A stretch of 63,136 bases of DNA, filler included, from Stramenopiles sp. TOSAG23-3 (taxonomy: Eukaryota), in assembly GCA_900128585.1 (NCBI GenBank). It is 6 parts of 6 records of this genome, joined end to end, with 100 filler letters (N's around TTAATTAATTAA, not from the genome) between each part and the next. Parts side by side here need not be neighbours in the genome. Positions count along the whole stretch, not along the records: positions 1 to 14,769 come from LT642546.1; 5 more parts are not named here. One strand, 5' to 3'. The notes under the pieces were generated by a model. The model saw only the letters and a program-made list of their open reading frames with translations. It did no database searches and had not been told where the DNA came from. Both the position numbers and the translations under genes were made by a program. This document shows, in pieces, positions 1 through 10,001 of the stretch. Positions within the stretch are counted from its first letter, which is position 1; each line of letters starts with the position of its first letter.

Positions 1-509
1 AGAAAAGAAAAAGAAAAAAAAAAGAAAAAAAAGAAGAAGAAGAAAAAAAGATCTTTTGTTGAGAATATTGTTGTTGTGTGTTGTTGTGGGAACAAAAATA
101 ATAAAGAAGAAGAAGTGGAAGAAAAAAAAATCTTCTTTTTTTTGCCGTCGAGTTTATTTAAGGCATTTGTATATTAAATAATAATATTGTATCTTTTTTA
201 ATGCAGTTATTTTCTTTATATATATATGTCCTTAATTATTAAATCTGTTTTAATCTTTTTTTTTTTTTTGGGTTAGAAAAAAAAAAGAAGAATTATTATT
301 AGAAAAGAAGTAGGAGAGAGAGAAAAAGAAATGAGTGGTCAAAGGTGTAGTAAGTATTCAATATAATAATAAGAATTTGAATGGATTGAATCATTGTTCT
401 TTTCTTTCAACAATCTTATCTTCTCTCTGTCTATAAAAAATAAAGAATACAGGGGACGAACAACCGGGTACACTCCAGTTGGTGGGGGAATACGAACAAC
501 TCGCCCGCC

Positions 510-1157
510 ATGTACGGGGACCTGTCGCCGTATGAAATAGCTCGGCTGAAAAATATCGAAGCGAACAAAAAACGGTTACAGGAGCTTGGCCTGGACAGCT
601 TGAAGAATGAGGTTCGAGAAAAAGTCGAAAGAGTGAAAGAGGGAAAGAAGGAAAAGGCTGCTTTGAAGCGCAAGCTGGCGGCAAGCCGCAGGACTCCGCG
701 GCAGCAGCAGAAAAAGCCTCGAGTGGGCGTCCGTCGCTCCTCGCGGCTGGCAGGTGTGAAGCTAACAACGGCGGAGGCCATCGATTCAGATGCCTCGGAC
801 GCCTCGGATGAGCTTGAAGGGGTACGCTATGATAGGATGCCACTGGCGCCGGAGGAATTGGACGACCACGAATTTGAAGTCTACGCGGCAGTGCGAAAAT
901 GGAGATTGCTGCGCAAGAGGGAGCTTGAAATTGAACCTTACAAGATTTGTCAAAACAGGACGATCTGTGAGCTGATACGGCTTCGACGGAACGACAAGAC
1001 ATTTGCGAACAAGGGTGCCTCAGACCGCCCGACCCAGCTTTTGCAGTGCTGGGGAATAGGCCCGTCAAAGATGGACACCTACGGTATCGAAATGATTGAG
1101 ATACTCGACGAATGGGAGACGACGATCCAGAAGAGCAGGGGGAACGCACCGAAGTGA
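510..1157 (+). CDS. Stand-alone HRDC-domain protein (215 aa)
   Basis: The C-terminus VYAAVRKWRLLRKRELEIEPYKICQNRTICEL...LLQCWGIGPSKMDTYGIEMIEIL matches the HRDC pattern. The N-terminus has LSPYEIARLKNIEANKKRLQELGL and a basic VRRSSRLAG segment. No helicase domain. A short upstream exon cannot be excluded. Confidence 0.8.
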   Translation: MYGDLSPYEIARLKNIEANKKRLQELGLDSLKNEVREKVERVKEGKKEKAALKRKLAASRRTPRQQQKKPRVGVRRSSRLAGVKLTTAEAIDSDASDASDELEGVRYDRMPLAPEELDDHEFEVYAAVRKWRLLRKRELEIEPYKICQNRTICELIRLRRNDKTFANKGASDRPTQLLQCWGIGPSKMDTYGIEMIEILDEWETTIQKSRGNAPK

Positions 1158-1230
1158 TGGATGCTGCTTAAAAGGAAAGCGCACGATTGACATTCCTGTT
1201 GTAAATTTTACAATATATTTATAATTTTTA

Positions 1231-1514
1231 AAACAAGAAAATTGGCTGTTATTATTTAAGTAATTCAAATTAATGTACTGCGAACTGAACTCTACTGGTG
1301 TGATTTCGTATACCGCGAAAATGAATCTACTCGGCTTTTGTCCATTAAAGGTTTACATTCCTTCATGTAGTGTATGCATTAGTTAAAATTTATCGTCTAA
1401 TTTTTTACTAGAACCGACTAGTATAAAAAAATGCGCTGGTAAGCTGTAAACCTCGAATGTTTAGTAGATTTCAGTTCGCAGTACATTAATTTTAATTACA
1501 TACGTAAATAACAG
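1231..1514. mobile_element. Two T-tailed element copies in inverted orientation between convergent genes
   Basis: The terminal module AAACAAGAAAATTGGCTGTTA starts at 1231. 1267-1289 AAATTAATGTACTGCGAACTGAA is the perfect reverse complement of 1470-1492. Internal 1310-1370 matches the reverse complement of 31379-31440. Confidence 0.75.
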
Positions 1515-1608
1515 CGCTTAACACTGTCTTTTAGTTTTATCATAGCAGTATTAAAACCTCTGAAGTTCAGCTTTTAATCTCTTTAACATTCACAGCCCTC
1601 GCATAAAA

Positions 1609-2646
1609 TCAAAACCCCAACGACCTTGCGGCGGTCCCAAACTTCTTCTTCTTGCCATCGTCGCTCTCGTCGGCTTTCTTTTCCTTCGGCTTTCCCCGTA
1701 GTTCGAAGGGCACTGGAAGGGGCATTTCGCTGGGGTCCGCGGGGGGCGGGGCGCCGTCGTGAAAATAATGGTGCGTTAGGGCATGCTCCGCGCTGATTCG
1801 CTTCGCAGGGTTATAATCTAGTAAACGGTTCAACAAATCGATGGAAACCTCCGTCGCGGACGCGTCGTCCGTGTTGAACGGCGTTTTTTCGTGCCTCTTC
1901 CAGCTCAACATCAAATCTTTCTGATCCCCCAAGTCCATAATGCCCGGCCAATCCGAGACGGTCGGGGTCCCCCTGTTCTTGAAAATGGCATCGATTTGGT
2001 CCATTTCTTTCAGGCTGGCGCCCCTCAAGTAGGGACGGCGCAGCATCAATTCTCCAAATATGCAACCAACGGACCACATGTCCACCGCGGCCCCGTACTT
2101 TCGTACGCAAAAGAGAAGCTCGGGGCAACGGTAATAGATCGTCACCGCCCGTATGGTCATCAACCGGTCCGGGCTTCCGAAGGAACGGGCAAACCCAAAG
2201 TCGGCAATTTTCAGGATGCCATTCGCGTTCAGAAGCAGATTGTTGGGCTTTAAGTCCCGATGCAGGACCCAGCGAGAGTGCAAAAACGCTACGCCGGACA
2301 AAAGCATTTGCATGTAGCACTTGACGTTCTGCGGGGGAAGGTCTATGCTGTCGTCCTTCACGATCGTTTCCAAGTCCGTCACGCAGTACTCCAGCGCCAG
2401 GACGACCGTGTTCCCATCGGTATGCACGTCGAACAGCTCGACCAGGTTCTCATGCTTTGTGTCCCGCAACACTCGTATTTCCCGCAACGCCGTGAAACTT
2501 ATTCCGTTGTGCGCGTCTTTTACTTTGATTCGCTTCAGTGCAACCGTGCGCCCCCCGTGCTTCTTTGCCTTTGCTTTAGTTACAACCCCATACGTCCCTT
2601 CCCCAAGGTTCTCCAAGTGGGTGTAGTCCGTCGTCAACGCCGCCAT
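1609..2646 (-). CDS. CDK7: Cyclin-dependent kinase 7 / CDKD (CAK, TFIIH kinase)
   Basis: Kinase motifs GEGTYGVV, VALKRI, HRDLKPNNLL and DFGFARSFGSP. The cyclin helix GISFTALREI and T-loop FGSPDRLMT are CDK7-type (canonical GVNFTALREI / FGSPxRxxT). Confidence 0.9.
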   Translation of the reverse strand: MAALTTDYTHLENLGEGTYGVVTKAKAKKHGGRTVALKRIKVKDAHNGISFTALREIRVLRDTKHENLVELFDVHTDGNTVVLALEYCVTDLETIVKDDSIDLPPQNVKCYMQMLLSGVAFLHSRWVLHRDLKPNNLLLNANGILKIADFGFARSFGSPDRLMTIRAVTIYYRCPELLFCVRKYGAAVDMWSVGCIFGELMLRRPYLRGASLKEMDQIDAIFKNRGTPTVSDWPGIMDLGDQKDLMLSWKRHEKTPFNTDDASATEVSIDLLNRLLDYNPAKRISAEHALTHHYFHDGAPPPADPSEMPLPVPFELRGKPKEKKADESDDGKKKKFGTAARSLGF

Positions 2647-2855
2647 CGAGGGAGAGAGTATTTACCAAACCAAACCGATTACAATACAAACACACTAGCA
2701 AGTAAATCAAAACTGTCAACTGGTCAAACGGTCTGACGTTCACACAACAACATCAAACTTTAGAGGTTTCAATATATTATTTTAATAACTCTTTCAACGT
2801 TGCAGAAACATGCTGCATGCAGTATTTTGTAGAGACTAGAAGACTTTAAATAAAA

Positions 2856-3100
2856 AAGAAGAAGAAGAAGAAGAAGAAGAAGAAAGAAAAAAAAATAATA
2901 TAATAATAAAAAAAAAAAGATTTATAAAAATAATTTTAAAAAAAGAAGAAGAAAGAAGAAGAAGAAAGAAGAAGAAGAAGAAGAAGAAGAAGAAGAAGAA
3001 GAAGAAGAAGAAGAAGAAGAANNNNNNAAGAAGAAGAAGAAGAAGAAGAAGAAGAAGAAGAAGAAGAAGAAGAAAGAAGAAGAAGAAGAAGAAGAAGAAG
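2856..3100. repeat. (GAA)n microsatellite with an internal N gap
   Basis: Long GAA/AAG runs read directly from the sequence. Confidence 0.95.
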
Positions 3101-3363
3101 AAAAAAAGTAAATAATAAAATACCTCGTACACCATACCGGCGAGGCTTGAGGCTTGCCTCTCATCGTCGGTTGGTGCTGCTGCTACGCACCACGGTATTA
3201 TTATATTTATTATTAATATTCGTCTATAATATAATAAAAATATATATACCTAGGTGGTTGTTGGAAGCTCTAGGAGGGAGAGCTGGTACCAAGATACTTG
3301 TACAAAGTAGAACGATTCAGTGTCAGTATTATAAAAATGTAGAAATGTATAAGAAAAAAATTC

Positions 3364-5163
3364 TTATTTTTGTCTTGTGGAACGGTCTGTGTCACACACT
3401 TGGGGCTTTGAATTGCCTCTCCAAGGCAACCAGACAGGGACACCTCCTGGTCCCCCGTTGGTGGAGGGTTTTCCAATTGGTCCGCCTGGGTTATCGGGCT
3501 GGCAGCGGGCTCCTGCACAGTGCGTGTTGTTGTACGTTTGAAGGCGCACCATCAACCTTTCGACAATTTCAGGATGGGCAGCAGCAAGGTCGTGCCGCTC
3601 CTCCATGTCATTGACCACATCAAAGAGCATGGTCTGCCCAGCCAGAAAGCCTGCGTTGGATGGGGTTTTGCAAGGGAGCTTGCCTTTCGAACAGTTTCCA
3701 CCCCACTTCGCGGCAACAGGCGGTAGCTGCGGCGGCTCGTAATGCCCATCGGCTCTTGGAGGCGGTATCCAGCCGTATGGACACCATGGCGCGGTCTCGT
3801 TCGGTAAAATTGGGAGCGGCGTGCGTGGTGTTGTCCCGTGAAAAGGTCCTCTCAGGGTGCAATTGCCCGCAAACACACCCTGGTGACCATGCAAGAGCTT
3901 CCAGCGCCCGACCCTGATGGCTCCACTCCCAGGCATCCGCGTTACCGAGGCGAACAGGTTGGACGCCGTCGACTCCAAGTCCAGAAGGACCTCTTCCCTC
4001 TGTGACCGCTCCCCCTCCGAAAACATAGCCCACTGGTTGATCCCGTCCAAGGGCGCAACAGGCCGAGCGCAGGTGGGGCAAGGGCGGCCAGTCGTATTGT
4101 CCGCGAGCGAAAGGCCCGCAATCCCTTCGACAATGGTCGGCAGCCAGTCCGTCACATGCATCAGTTCGTGCGACACGGTCCCCCGCAAGCTCGGGTGAAT
4201 CCCGGCCCCTGAGGCGAAAGCTATGCTTCGGACCCCGCCCTCGAACGTGGTTGCTTTCGCCCCCCTCAGCGGGTAATTGTTTCCCCCATTGTACGCAATT
4301 CCCCCGTTGTCGCCAGTAAGGATGAACAGGGTGCTGTTCAGGATGCCGAGCGCCTTGTATGTTTGAGTGATGTTGGCCACCGACTCGTCCACGGCACGCA
4401 CCATTCCACAATACACTCTCCGTACGGGTCGGTCGGCCGGAATAAGCTTCTCGCAAGGGCCTTTCACGTACGACAAGGGCACTTCAAGCGGGCCATGGAC
4501 AGCTTCGTGCGCAACGTACGCGAAAGTCCTTGCGTCCGGATTTTCCTTCACCGCCTTTGTAATCCACTTCTGGACCCCTCTGGTCACCCTGTGCGTGGTG
4601 TAGTCTCCTGCGGCCGCAACGTCCGTCTTAAAATCGCTGTGGTAATCAAATCCAGTGCCGACCATGTGATCGTAGTAGTGCGAGGCGGCGGAATAAAAAC
4701 CGTTGTAGTGGTCGAACCCACGGCAGGTAGGGGTCGAGCCCCACACTGTCATACCAGCGTCCCACTTGCCATACGCAGACGTTTTCCACCCTCCATCCTC
4801 AGACAGGCGGTCCGCTATTGTCCTGAGGTTCAGCGGCAAATCGCGGTTCTGGCCATCGATGATCACACCATTGTCCATTCCGTTCGTGTAAGCGTACCTC
4901 CCGGAGAGAAGTGCTGTTCGACTGGGCGAGCAGAGTTTGTTCACGTAATGCGACTCCAGCCTTACCCCGCCCATCGCTAGCTCGTCAATGTGCGGGGTCG
5001 GTGGAGGGGCCGTCCCTTTGTACATTTCGCGCTTGTACGAAGCGTCTCCGAACCCATAGTCATCAATCAGCAAGAACACCACATGCTTCGGCGGGGCAGT
5101 GTTTGGTGTTGCAAAGACCACCGCCAACTGCAGCAGCAGCACGAAAAGAACAGGTGTCCGCAT
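3364..5163 (-). CDS. Secreted or lysosomal formylglycine-dependent sulfatase, arylsulfatase B-like (599 aa)
   Basis: Signal peptide, LIDDYG metal motif, LCSPSRTALLSGRY (CxPxR at 4918-4932), GKWDAG, HEAVHGPL, GDNGG, PLRGAKATTFEGGVR, HVTDWLPT and LDGINQW. Confidence 0.92.
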   Translation of the reverse strand: MRTPVLFVLLLQLAVVFATPNTAPPKHVVFLLIDDYGFGDASYKREMYKGTAPPPTPHIDELAMGGVRLESHYVNKLCSPSRTALLSGRYAYTNGMDNGVIIDGQNRDLPLNLRTIADRLSEDGGWKTSAYGKWDAGMTVWGSTPTCRGFDHYNGFYSAASHYYDHMVGTGFDYHSDFKTDVAAAGDYTTHRVTRGVQKWITKAVKENPDARTFAYVAHEAVHGPLEVPLSYVKGPCEKLIPADRPVRRVYCGMVRAVDESVANITQTYKALGILNSTLFILTGDNGGIAYNGGNNYPLRGAKATTFEGGVRSIAFASGAGIHPSLRGTVSHELMHVTDWLPTIVEGIAGLSLADNTTGRPCPTCARPVAPLDGINQWAMFSEGERSQREEVLLDLESTASNLFASVTRMPGSGAIRVGRWKLLHGHQGVFAGNCTLRGPFHGTTPRTPLPILPNETAPWCPYGWIPPPRADGHYEPPQLPPVAAKWGGNCSKGKLPCKTPSNAGFLAGQTMLFDVVNDMEERHDLAAAHPEIVERLMVRLQTYNNTHCAGARCQPDNPGGPIGKPSTNGGPGGVPVWLPWRGNSKPQVCDTDRSTRQK

Positions 5164-5704
5164 TTTTTGTTGGTAATCAGTTCAAACTGTCCTCTTCATT
5201 CTTCTTATTCTTTCCCTTTCTATTTGTTTGTTTGCTTTTTCTTGTTGTGCTGAATAAAATACAGTATGTTCATTCATCAATCTCTGATGATACTCCTCGC
5301 AATCAAGTCAGCGAAGAAGAAGGTGTGTGATGATGGGATGGATGGATATGAATAATAAAAAAAGGAGAGAGGAAGAAAGAGAGACGAAGAGAGAAGCCAT
5401 CTATAATTAAGGATATATCTTTATAGAGATAACGATAGGAGAACATTCGGAATAGATAAAGCCATTGTAGATATAAGAATTTAGATGATTTATTAGAAAT
5501 GATATTTAAGAATATAGAAATAGAATTTAAAAAAGTGATAAAATATACCTCTTTATATATATACACAGCAGTGATAATTATTATAATATATATATCCTTA
5601 ATTGTATATGGATTTTTTGCCTAGTAGATAGTCTATGATATGATACATCTCTGATGATCTCTTGATCTCTTTTCTTTCTTCTTGTTTTTTTTTGAGCAAA
5701 AAAA

Positions 5705-5777
5705 AAGAAGAAAGAAGAAAGAAGAAAGAAGAAAGAAGAAAGAAGAAAGAAGAAAGAAGAAAGAAGAAAGAAGAAAG
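5705..5777. repeat. Heptamer tandem repeat (AAGAAGA)n, about 10 copies
   Basis: 7-bp periodicity read directly from the sequence. Confidence 0.9.
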
Positions 5778-6191
5778 ATAATTTTCCTTAGTCTATAATA
5801 GAGAGACTAATTATTTTGAATAAGAATTGGAATTAAATTTAAATAGGTATTATAACTATAATAATATAACAATTACAATATTTTGTAATTATTGTATTGT
5901 TTTATTTATACCAAGAATCGAGAAAATGATGATGTGATCATGATGTAGAATAATAGATCGACACGATGATTTCTTTTTTTTTTTTCATTCAAAAATATTG
6001 TTTTAATACATTACACAGCATCAAATAAGAGAAGTAAAAAGAAGAAGAAGAAGAATTATTCTTCTTGATTTTTGATTGTTGATTGTTGATTGTTGATTAT
6101 TCCCCTCCCCCGCCTCCCTTTCTTCTCTTGAAAATTACAAAAGATAATAGCTTCTAAATGAAGTTTAAATTTGAAAGTCATGGTTAAATCT

Positions 6192-6248
6192 TGTTTGACA
6201 TTGTTTGCTTTGTTTGACATTGTTTGCTTTGTTTGACATTGTTTGTTT
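6192..6248. repeat. 19-bp tandem repeat x3 (TGTTTGACATTGTTTGCTT) upstream of the 6330 ATG
   Basis: Units start at 6192, 6211 and 6230; the third has one mismatch. Confidence 0.9.
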
Positions 6249-6329
6249 TGTTTCACCTCTTTCGGTTTGCCTGACATTCAGTTTCTTTTCTGAATACTAC
6301 AACAACCACCACCACCACCACCACCACCC

Positions 6330-7430
6330 ATGGCCACGCTTACCGCACAGGAGATCTGTGAAAAGTATGGAGTTAGTGAACTAATAAAACCGAAGGAGAA
6401 GAAAACGATAAGCCTGCTGAACGTGTCGAAATGCTCCGTGCTTGAAATCAAGGAAGAGCTAGAACGCAGGGGGGTGTGCGATGAAGACGACGAGACGACG
6501 TGGAAAGCGTTCAAGGACATCGAGACCAAGATCTGGCTCGAAAGTTACCAGAAAGCAAAGGAGGAGGCGGGCGGCGAGGCGGCGAGCAAGGATGGGGAGC
6601 TTCAGACAGCGGCAGAGGTGGGGAAATTCCTGAGCAATTCTGGCGCGCTTACGTTCCAAGACATCGAGGCGTGGTCCATGTATGACCTTCGCCAACAGAT
6701 GCAGGATAGAGGGATGCTGGAGGCGGGAGAGGAGGGCGAAAAGTCGTACAAACTGTTTGAAGAGATGCTGGCGAAGCTGGTCCGTGAACTCCTCGGGCAG
6801 GGCGTTGCCCCGAAAAAGGTAGACAAGAAGCCCATGCCGGAGCCGACCGCGGAAGAGCTGGGCGACGATTGGGTGTCTGTCAACGTGAAGAAGGAAGATG
6901 AGAAAGGGAAGGCGGGCGAAGGCGGCGTGGGAGGGGCGAAGACGGACGGGGTGCCCCACCACCACCTCCTGGCCGGCCAGCGCGTGGGGCACGACTTGCA
7001 ACGCACCAAGGAGCTCGCGGAGGAGGACTTGTCCAACCCAGAGTTCATTCCGAACATCGAAGACATTACCATTGACAGCGCCCCGAAGCTGACTATTTAC
7101 CAAATTCGACAAGTCCTGGAGCGCAACAACCTGTTCGAAGAGTTCAAATCCGGAAAGAAGAAAATTAGTTACAACGCGGTCTTGAACGCCCTCGTCGCGT
7201 ACCTGGTCGAAAAGAAGGAAAAGTTTGACGTGGTTTACTCCACGACCCTGGAGAAAACGGACGATCTGAAGGCACGCTTGGCGGCAGAAAAGGCGAAACG
7301 AAAGGCGGACGCTTTGGAACGAAGCCGACTTCGACAGCTTGCACGGAAGAAGGCGGAGGAAGAGAACAGCAAGGCGCCCGCTCCGGGCGAGGAAGGTGGG
7401 CCCGAAGGCGCCGCCGCGGCTGCAGAGTAG
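6330..7430 (+). CDS. Hypothetical protein with three SAP/LEM(HeH)-like repeats and a C-terminal coiled coil (366 aa)
   Basis: GC-rich ORF with good start context (CCCATGG). Repeats: VSKCSVLEIKEELERRGV, IEAWSMYDLRQQMQDRGM and APKLTIYQIRQVLERNNL. Confidence 0.75.
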   Translation: MATLTAQEICEKYGVSELIKPKEKKTISLLNVSKCSVLEIKEELERRGVCDEDDETTWKAFKDIETKIWLESYQKAKEEAGGEAASKDGELQTAAEVGKFLSNSGALTFQDIEAWSMYDLRQQMQDRGMLEAGEEGEKSYKLFEEMLAKLVRELLGQGVAPKKVDKKPMPEPTAEELGDDWVSVNVKKEDEKGKAGEGGVGGAKTDGVPHHHLLAGQRVGHDLQRTKELAEEDLSNPEFIPNIEDITIDSAPKLTIYQIRQVLERNNLFEEFKSGKKKISYNAVLNALVAYLVEKKEKFDVVYSTTLEKTDDLKARLAAEKAKRKADALERSRLRQLARKKAEEENSKAPAPGEEGGPEGAAAAAE

Positions 7431-7481
7431 GGAGGGAGGGAGGCCAATCGAAGTCAAGTTAACCATTATTTTGTTTTTTAA

Positions 7482-7578
7482 TAAAAGTTAAAAACAAGAA
7501 AATTGGCTGTTATTTAAGTAATTAAATTTAGCTTCCTCGTACCCTAATCCTAACTTGATTCTGAAATTTAAAAGTTAA
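7482..7578 (-). mobile_element. T-tailed short element with a 10-bp flanking direct repeat (TAAAAGTTAA)
   Basis: 7491-7553 is identical to 22117-22179 at 62 of 63 nt. TAAAAGTTAA occurs at 7482-7491 and 7569-7578. It lies about 60 bp after the 7430 stop codon. Confidence 0.8.
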
Positions 7579-7636
7579 TCTTAAATATATTGTGTACATC
7601 ATATTTAAGAATTTTTCCATTTTATTCATTTTAAAA

Positions 7637-10001
7637 TTAAGACCCCGATTCGTTCACCCCACTTTTAGCCAATAAACGCCTCCGGGTTGATGACCGTCCT
7701 CGTCGTCTTTTTGCCTTAATAGTTCCGTAAATACCAAGAGACTGGCTTGCAGACAAAATACGATGATCGCGCATGGCAATAAATTTTCTCCTGCGGTCAC
7801 CCACGTCATCCTCATTGTCTTTTTCACCATCGCATATTATTGAAAACTTCAACCCTTTGACTGTAACGGCGCACCTTTCAACAAAGTTTCGATTCCCGTC
7901 GTATACTCGTACGAAATTAGTCGTGACCTCAGTATCGCACTCCCCCTTCGCAAGAGAATAATGGCACCGCATAAACCCTGCACCTTTTTCTCTGCAGTCG
8001 TAGACTACGTTCAGCGTGAAGGTTTTTGCATCCCAGGTAATGTCTTCGGGAGCTAAGAACTTCTCGCCCGTGTAGGGATCCGAATCTATTTCGAATTGCA
8101 ATGTCTCGACATCGCTCGTGTCGGCGTCAATGCGGCGTACGTCAATAGCAAAATCAACCCCGTTGGCTTTCATCAAGTCCATGTGCTTTGGAATGTCACA
8201 CATGTTGCTCTCCTTGTCGAATTCTGCGCCTTTTAAAAAGTCGAACAACTCATACTGCCAAGTGTCCAGACGATTGAGTCGGCTGCAATAGTCTGCACTA
8301 TGTTCGCGGTTAACCGTTAATGATTCGCTCATTTCGCTGTTTCGATGTCGATCAACCGTGTGCAAAGCCTTGTGGAAATGTACTATCGTGCTTATTGGGC
8401 AAGTTTTGGCGACGCCTACATCCCTGTACGTGCATTCATAGCCCGGTCTCCACTTATTACCCGGTATCCACTTATTAAAACCGAGGAATTGGGGGGGGAT
8501 AGAACACTGCAAAGCCTTCTCGGAACACATCTGGTACCTGCTGTAGTCCTTTTCCATGTCCAACATGAAATTATGAAGTTTCATCTGCGTCATGCCCGCA
8601 GCATTTCCCGACTTTCGGCGCCGTTGCACAATGTCTTTCAAGGCGCACAACAGGCACTTGACCATTGCACCTTCGGAAGCGTCTGGGTCGTCGCCTTGAC
8701 ACTTTGGTGAAGGGTTTGGTGGCTTATAACTCTTAAACCCTAATGGTTGTCGCATTCGTCTCTTCTCCACCGAATCTCCAAGAGTTCCCCCTCCATATTT
8801 TATTTTATAAAATATGGGGTCGACACCGTCGCTTTTCCAGTTCCTCGACAAGTGATGATAGTATGGGCATTGGCGCTCCAACTCGTGTTCGAGATTCAGG
8901 GCTTTTGCCAGTTGTGTGACAGTCGATTTGGCCTCCACAAGATTCAACTTAAGGCATTCCGATGTTGCTGCAGTCGCCTCTGTGAAACCCAAATCCTTCA
9001 TAAGAAAATTTACCTTTTTGTCAAACGCTTCGGCAACTGTGACAATCTTCTTAGATTGGGATTCCCTTAACAGAATTCGTCTATCCTTTGAGTAATCCCT
9101 CATCTCGTAGCTTATCACATGGTCCACTTCGACGCCCATAATGTCAAACGTGTACAGCCTTCTCTTTGGTTCACATTTGAACTCTGCCACGCAGCACTCT
9201 GTTCTTTTTTTTGTCACTATCTCGGTTTCAGTTTCTTTGTCGCACAGTCTCTGATGCTTCTTGCACTTAGCGCCTTTCTCTTTGCACTTTTTGGTAAGTT
9301 CTAGCTGGTGTTGCACGACGGACTTCATCGCGGTGTTTTTTTGGGCGAGTTCCATTGCCTCCTCTTCAAATTTCTGCCCTTGTAGTTCTTCAGCTTCTTG
9401 TATATCATCCCCCTTTTTCACAAAGTCCTGCAAATCGGTCCTGTGTTGGATCTCGCGTTCTTGAAAAGCTTGGAAGTCTGGACTCCTACGGTCCACATTG
9501 ATATCAATCGGATTTTTGACGGGTCCCGTTGCGCCCGGGGTCGTTGCATCAGCTGGGGCAGTTTCTGTGGCCGTTGCATCAGTTGCGGCGGTTTCTGCGG
9601 GTCCCGTTGCGCCCGGGGTCGTTGCATCAGCTGGGGCAGTTTCTGAGNGCGGGTCCCGTTGCGCCCGGGGTCGTTGCATCAGCTGGGGCAGTTTCTGAGG
9701 CCGTTGCATCAGTTGCGGCAGTTTCTGGGGCCGTTGCATCTGTCGGTGCTGGGGCCGTCTCCGCGGACCCTGTCACCGCCTGAACGTCTGGGCGCAGCCC
9801 GTTGCCACGTTTTGCCGCCAGCGATGTCTTTATTTTTCCAATATTTTTATTGGACATGAGCGATTTTAACATGGGGTTCTTTCCAGACTGACTGTTCAAA
9901 TGTGCACGTCCCTTCATCTGTGCTTTGAGGCTTGTATTGGCCGTCGCCGTCGCCACAAGGGCCAACACCATGACAGTGGATACCAATAACACACGATTCA
10001 T
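7637..10001 (-). CDS. Secreted Cys-rich protein with a mucin-like T/A/P repeat; frame broken only at the N at 9648
   Basis: The ATG at 10001 gives signal peptide MNRVLLVSTVMVLALVATATA. The two track ORFs (9627-10061 and 7637-9739) join across the single N inside the TAPADATTPGATGP repeat. The C-terminus is ...RRRLLAKSGVNESGS. Confidence 0.8.
9520..9741 (-). repeat. Coding tandem repeat (ETAPADATTPGATGP / ETAATDATA units), probably collapsed in assembly
   Basis: GGGTCCCGTTGCGCCCGGGGTCGTTGCATCAGCTGGGGCAGTTTCTG occurs three times, with an N at 9648. Confidence 0.9.

Noticed and set aside
331-452. Upstream micro-exon and intron for the HRDC gene (ATG 331, GTAAGT 350, CAG 452)
   Set aside because: The best donor/acceptor pair gives the wrong phase and only weaker sites restore the frame. 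Unresolved without RNA data.
391-1149. Long antisense and alternate-frame ORFs overlapping real genes (e.g. 391-1149, 6459-7466, 37610-38515)
   Set aside because: Shadow ORFs of GC-rich coding sequence with no recognisable motifs.
2836-3164. Poly-Phe/Leu/Ser ORFs (also 13430-13816, 25841-26081 and 54626-54884)
   Set aside because: These are translations of microsatellite or low-complexity AT-rich DNA.
7541-7554. Telomerase RNA template or telomere seed (ACCCTAATCCTAAC / GTTAGGATTAGGGT)
   Set aside because: Only two imperfect units are present, and the segment aligns loosely with the element's other sub-repeat (GATAAGTTCGCAGTAC), so the resemblance is probably coincidental.
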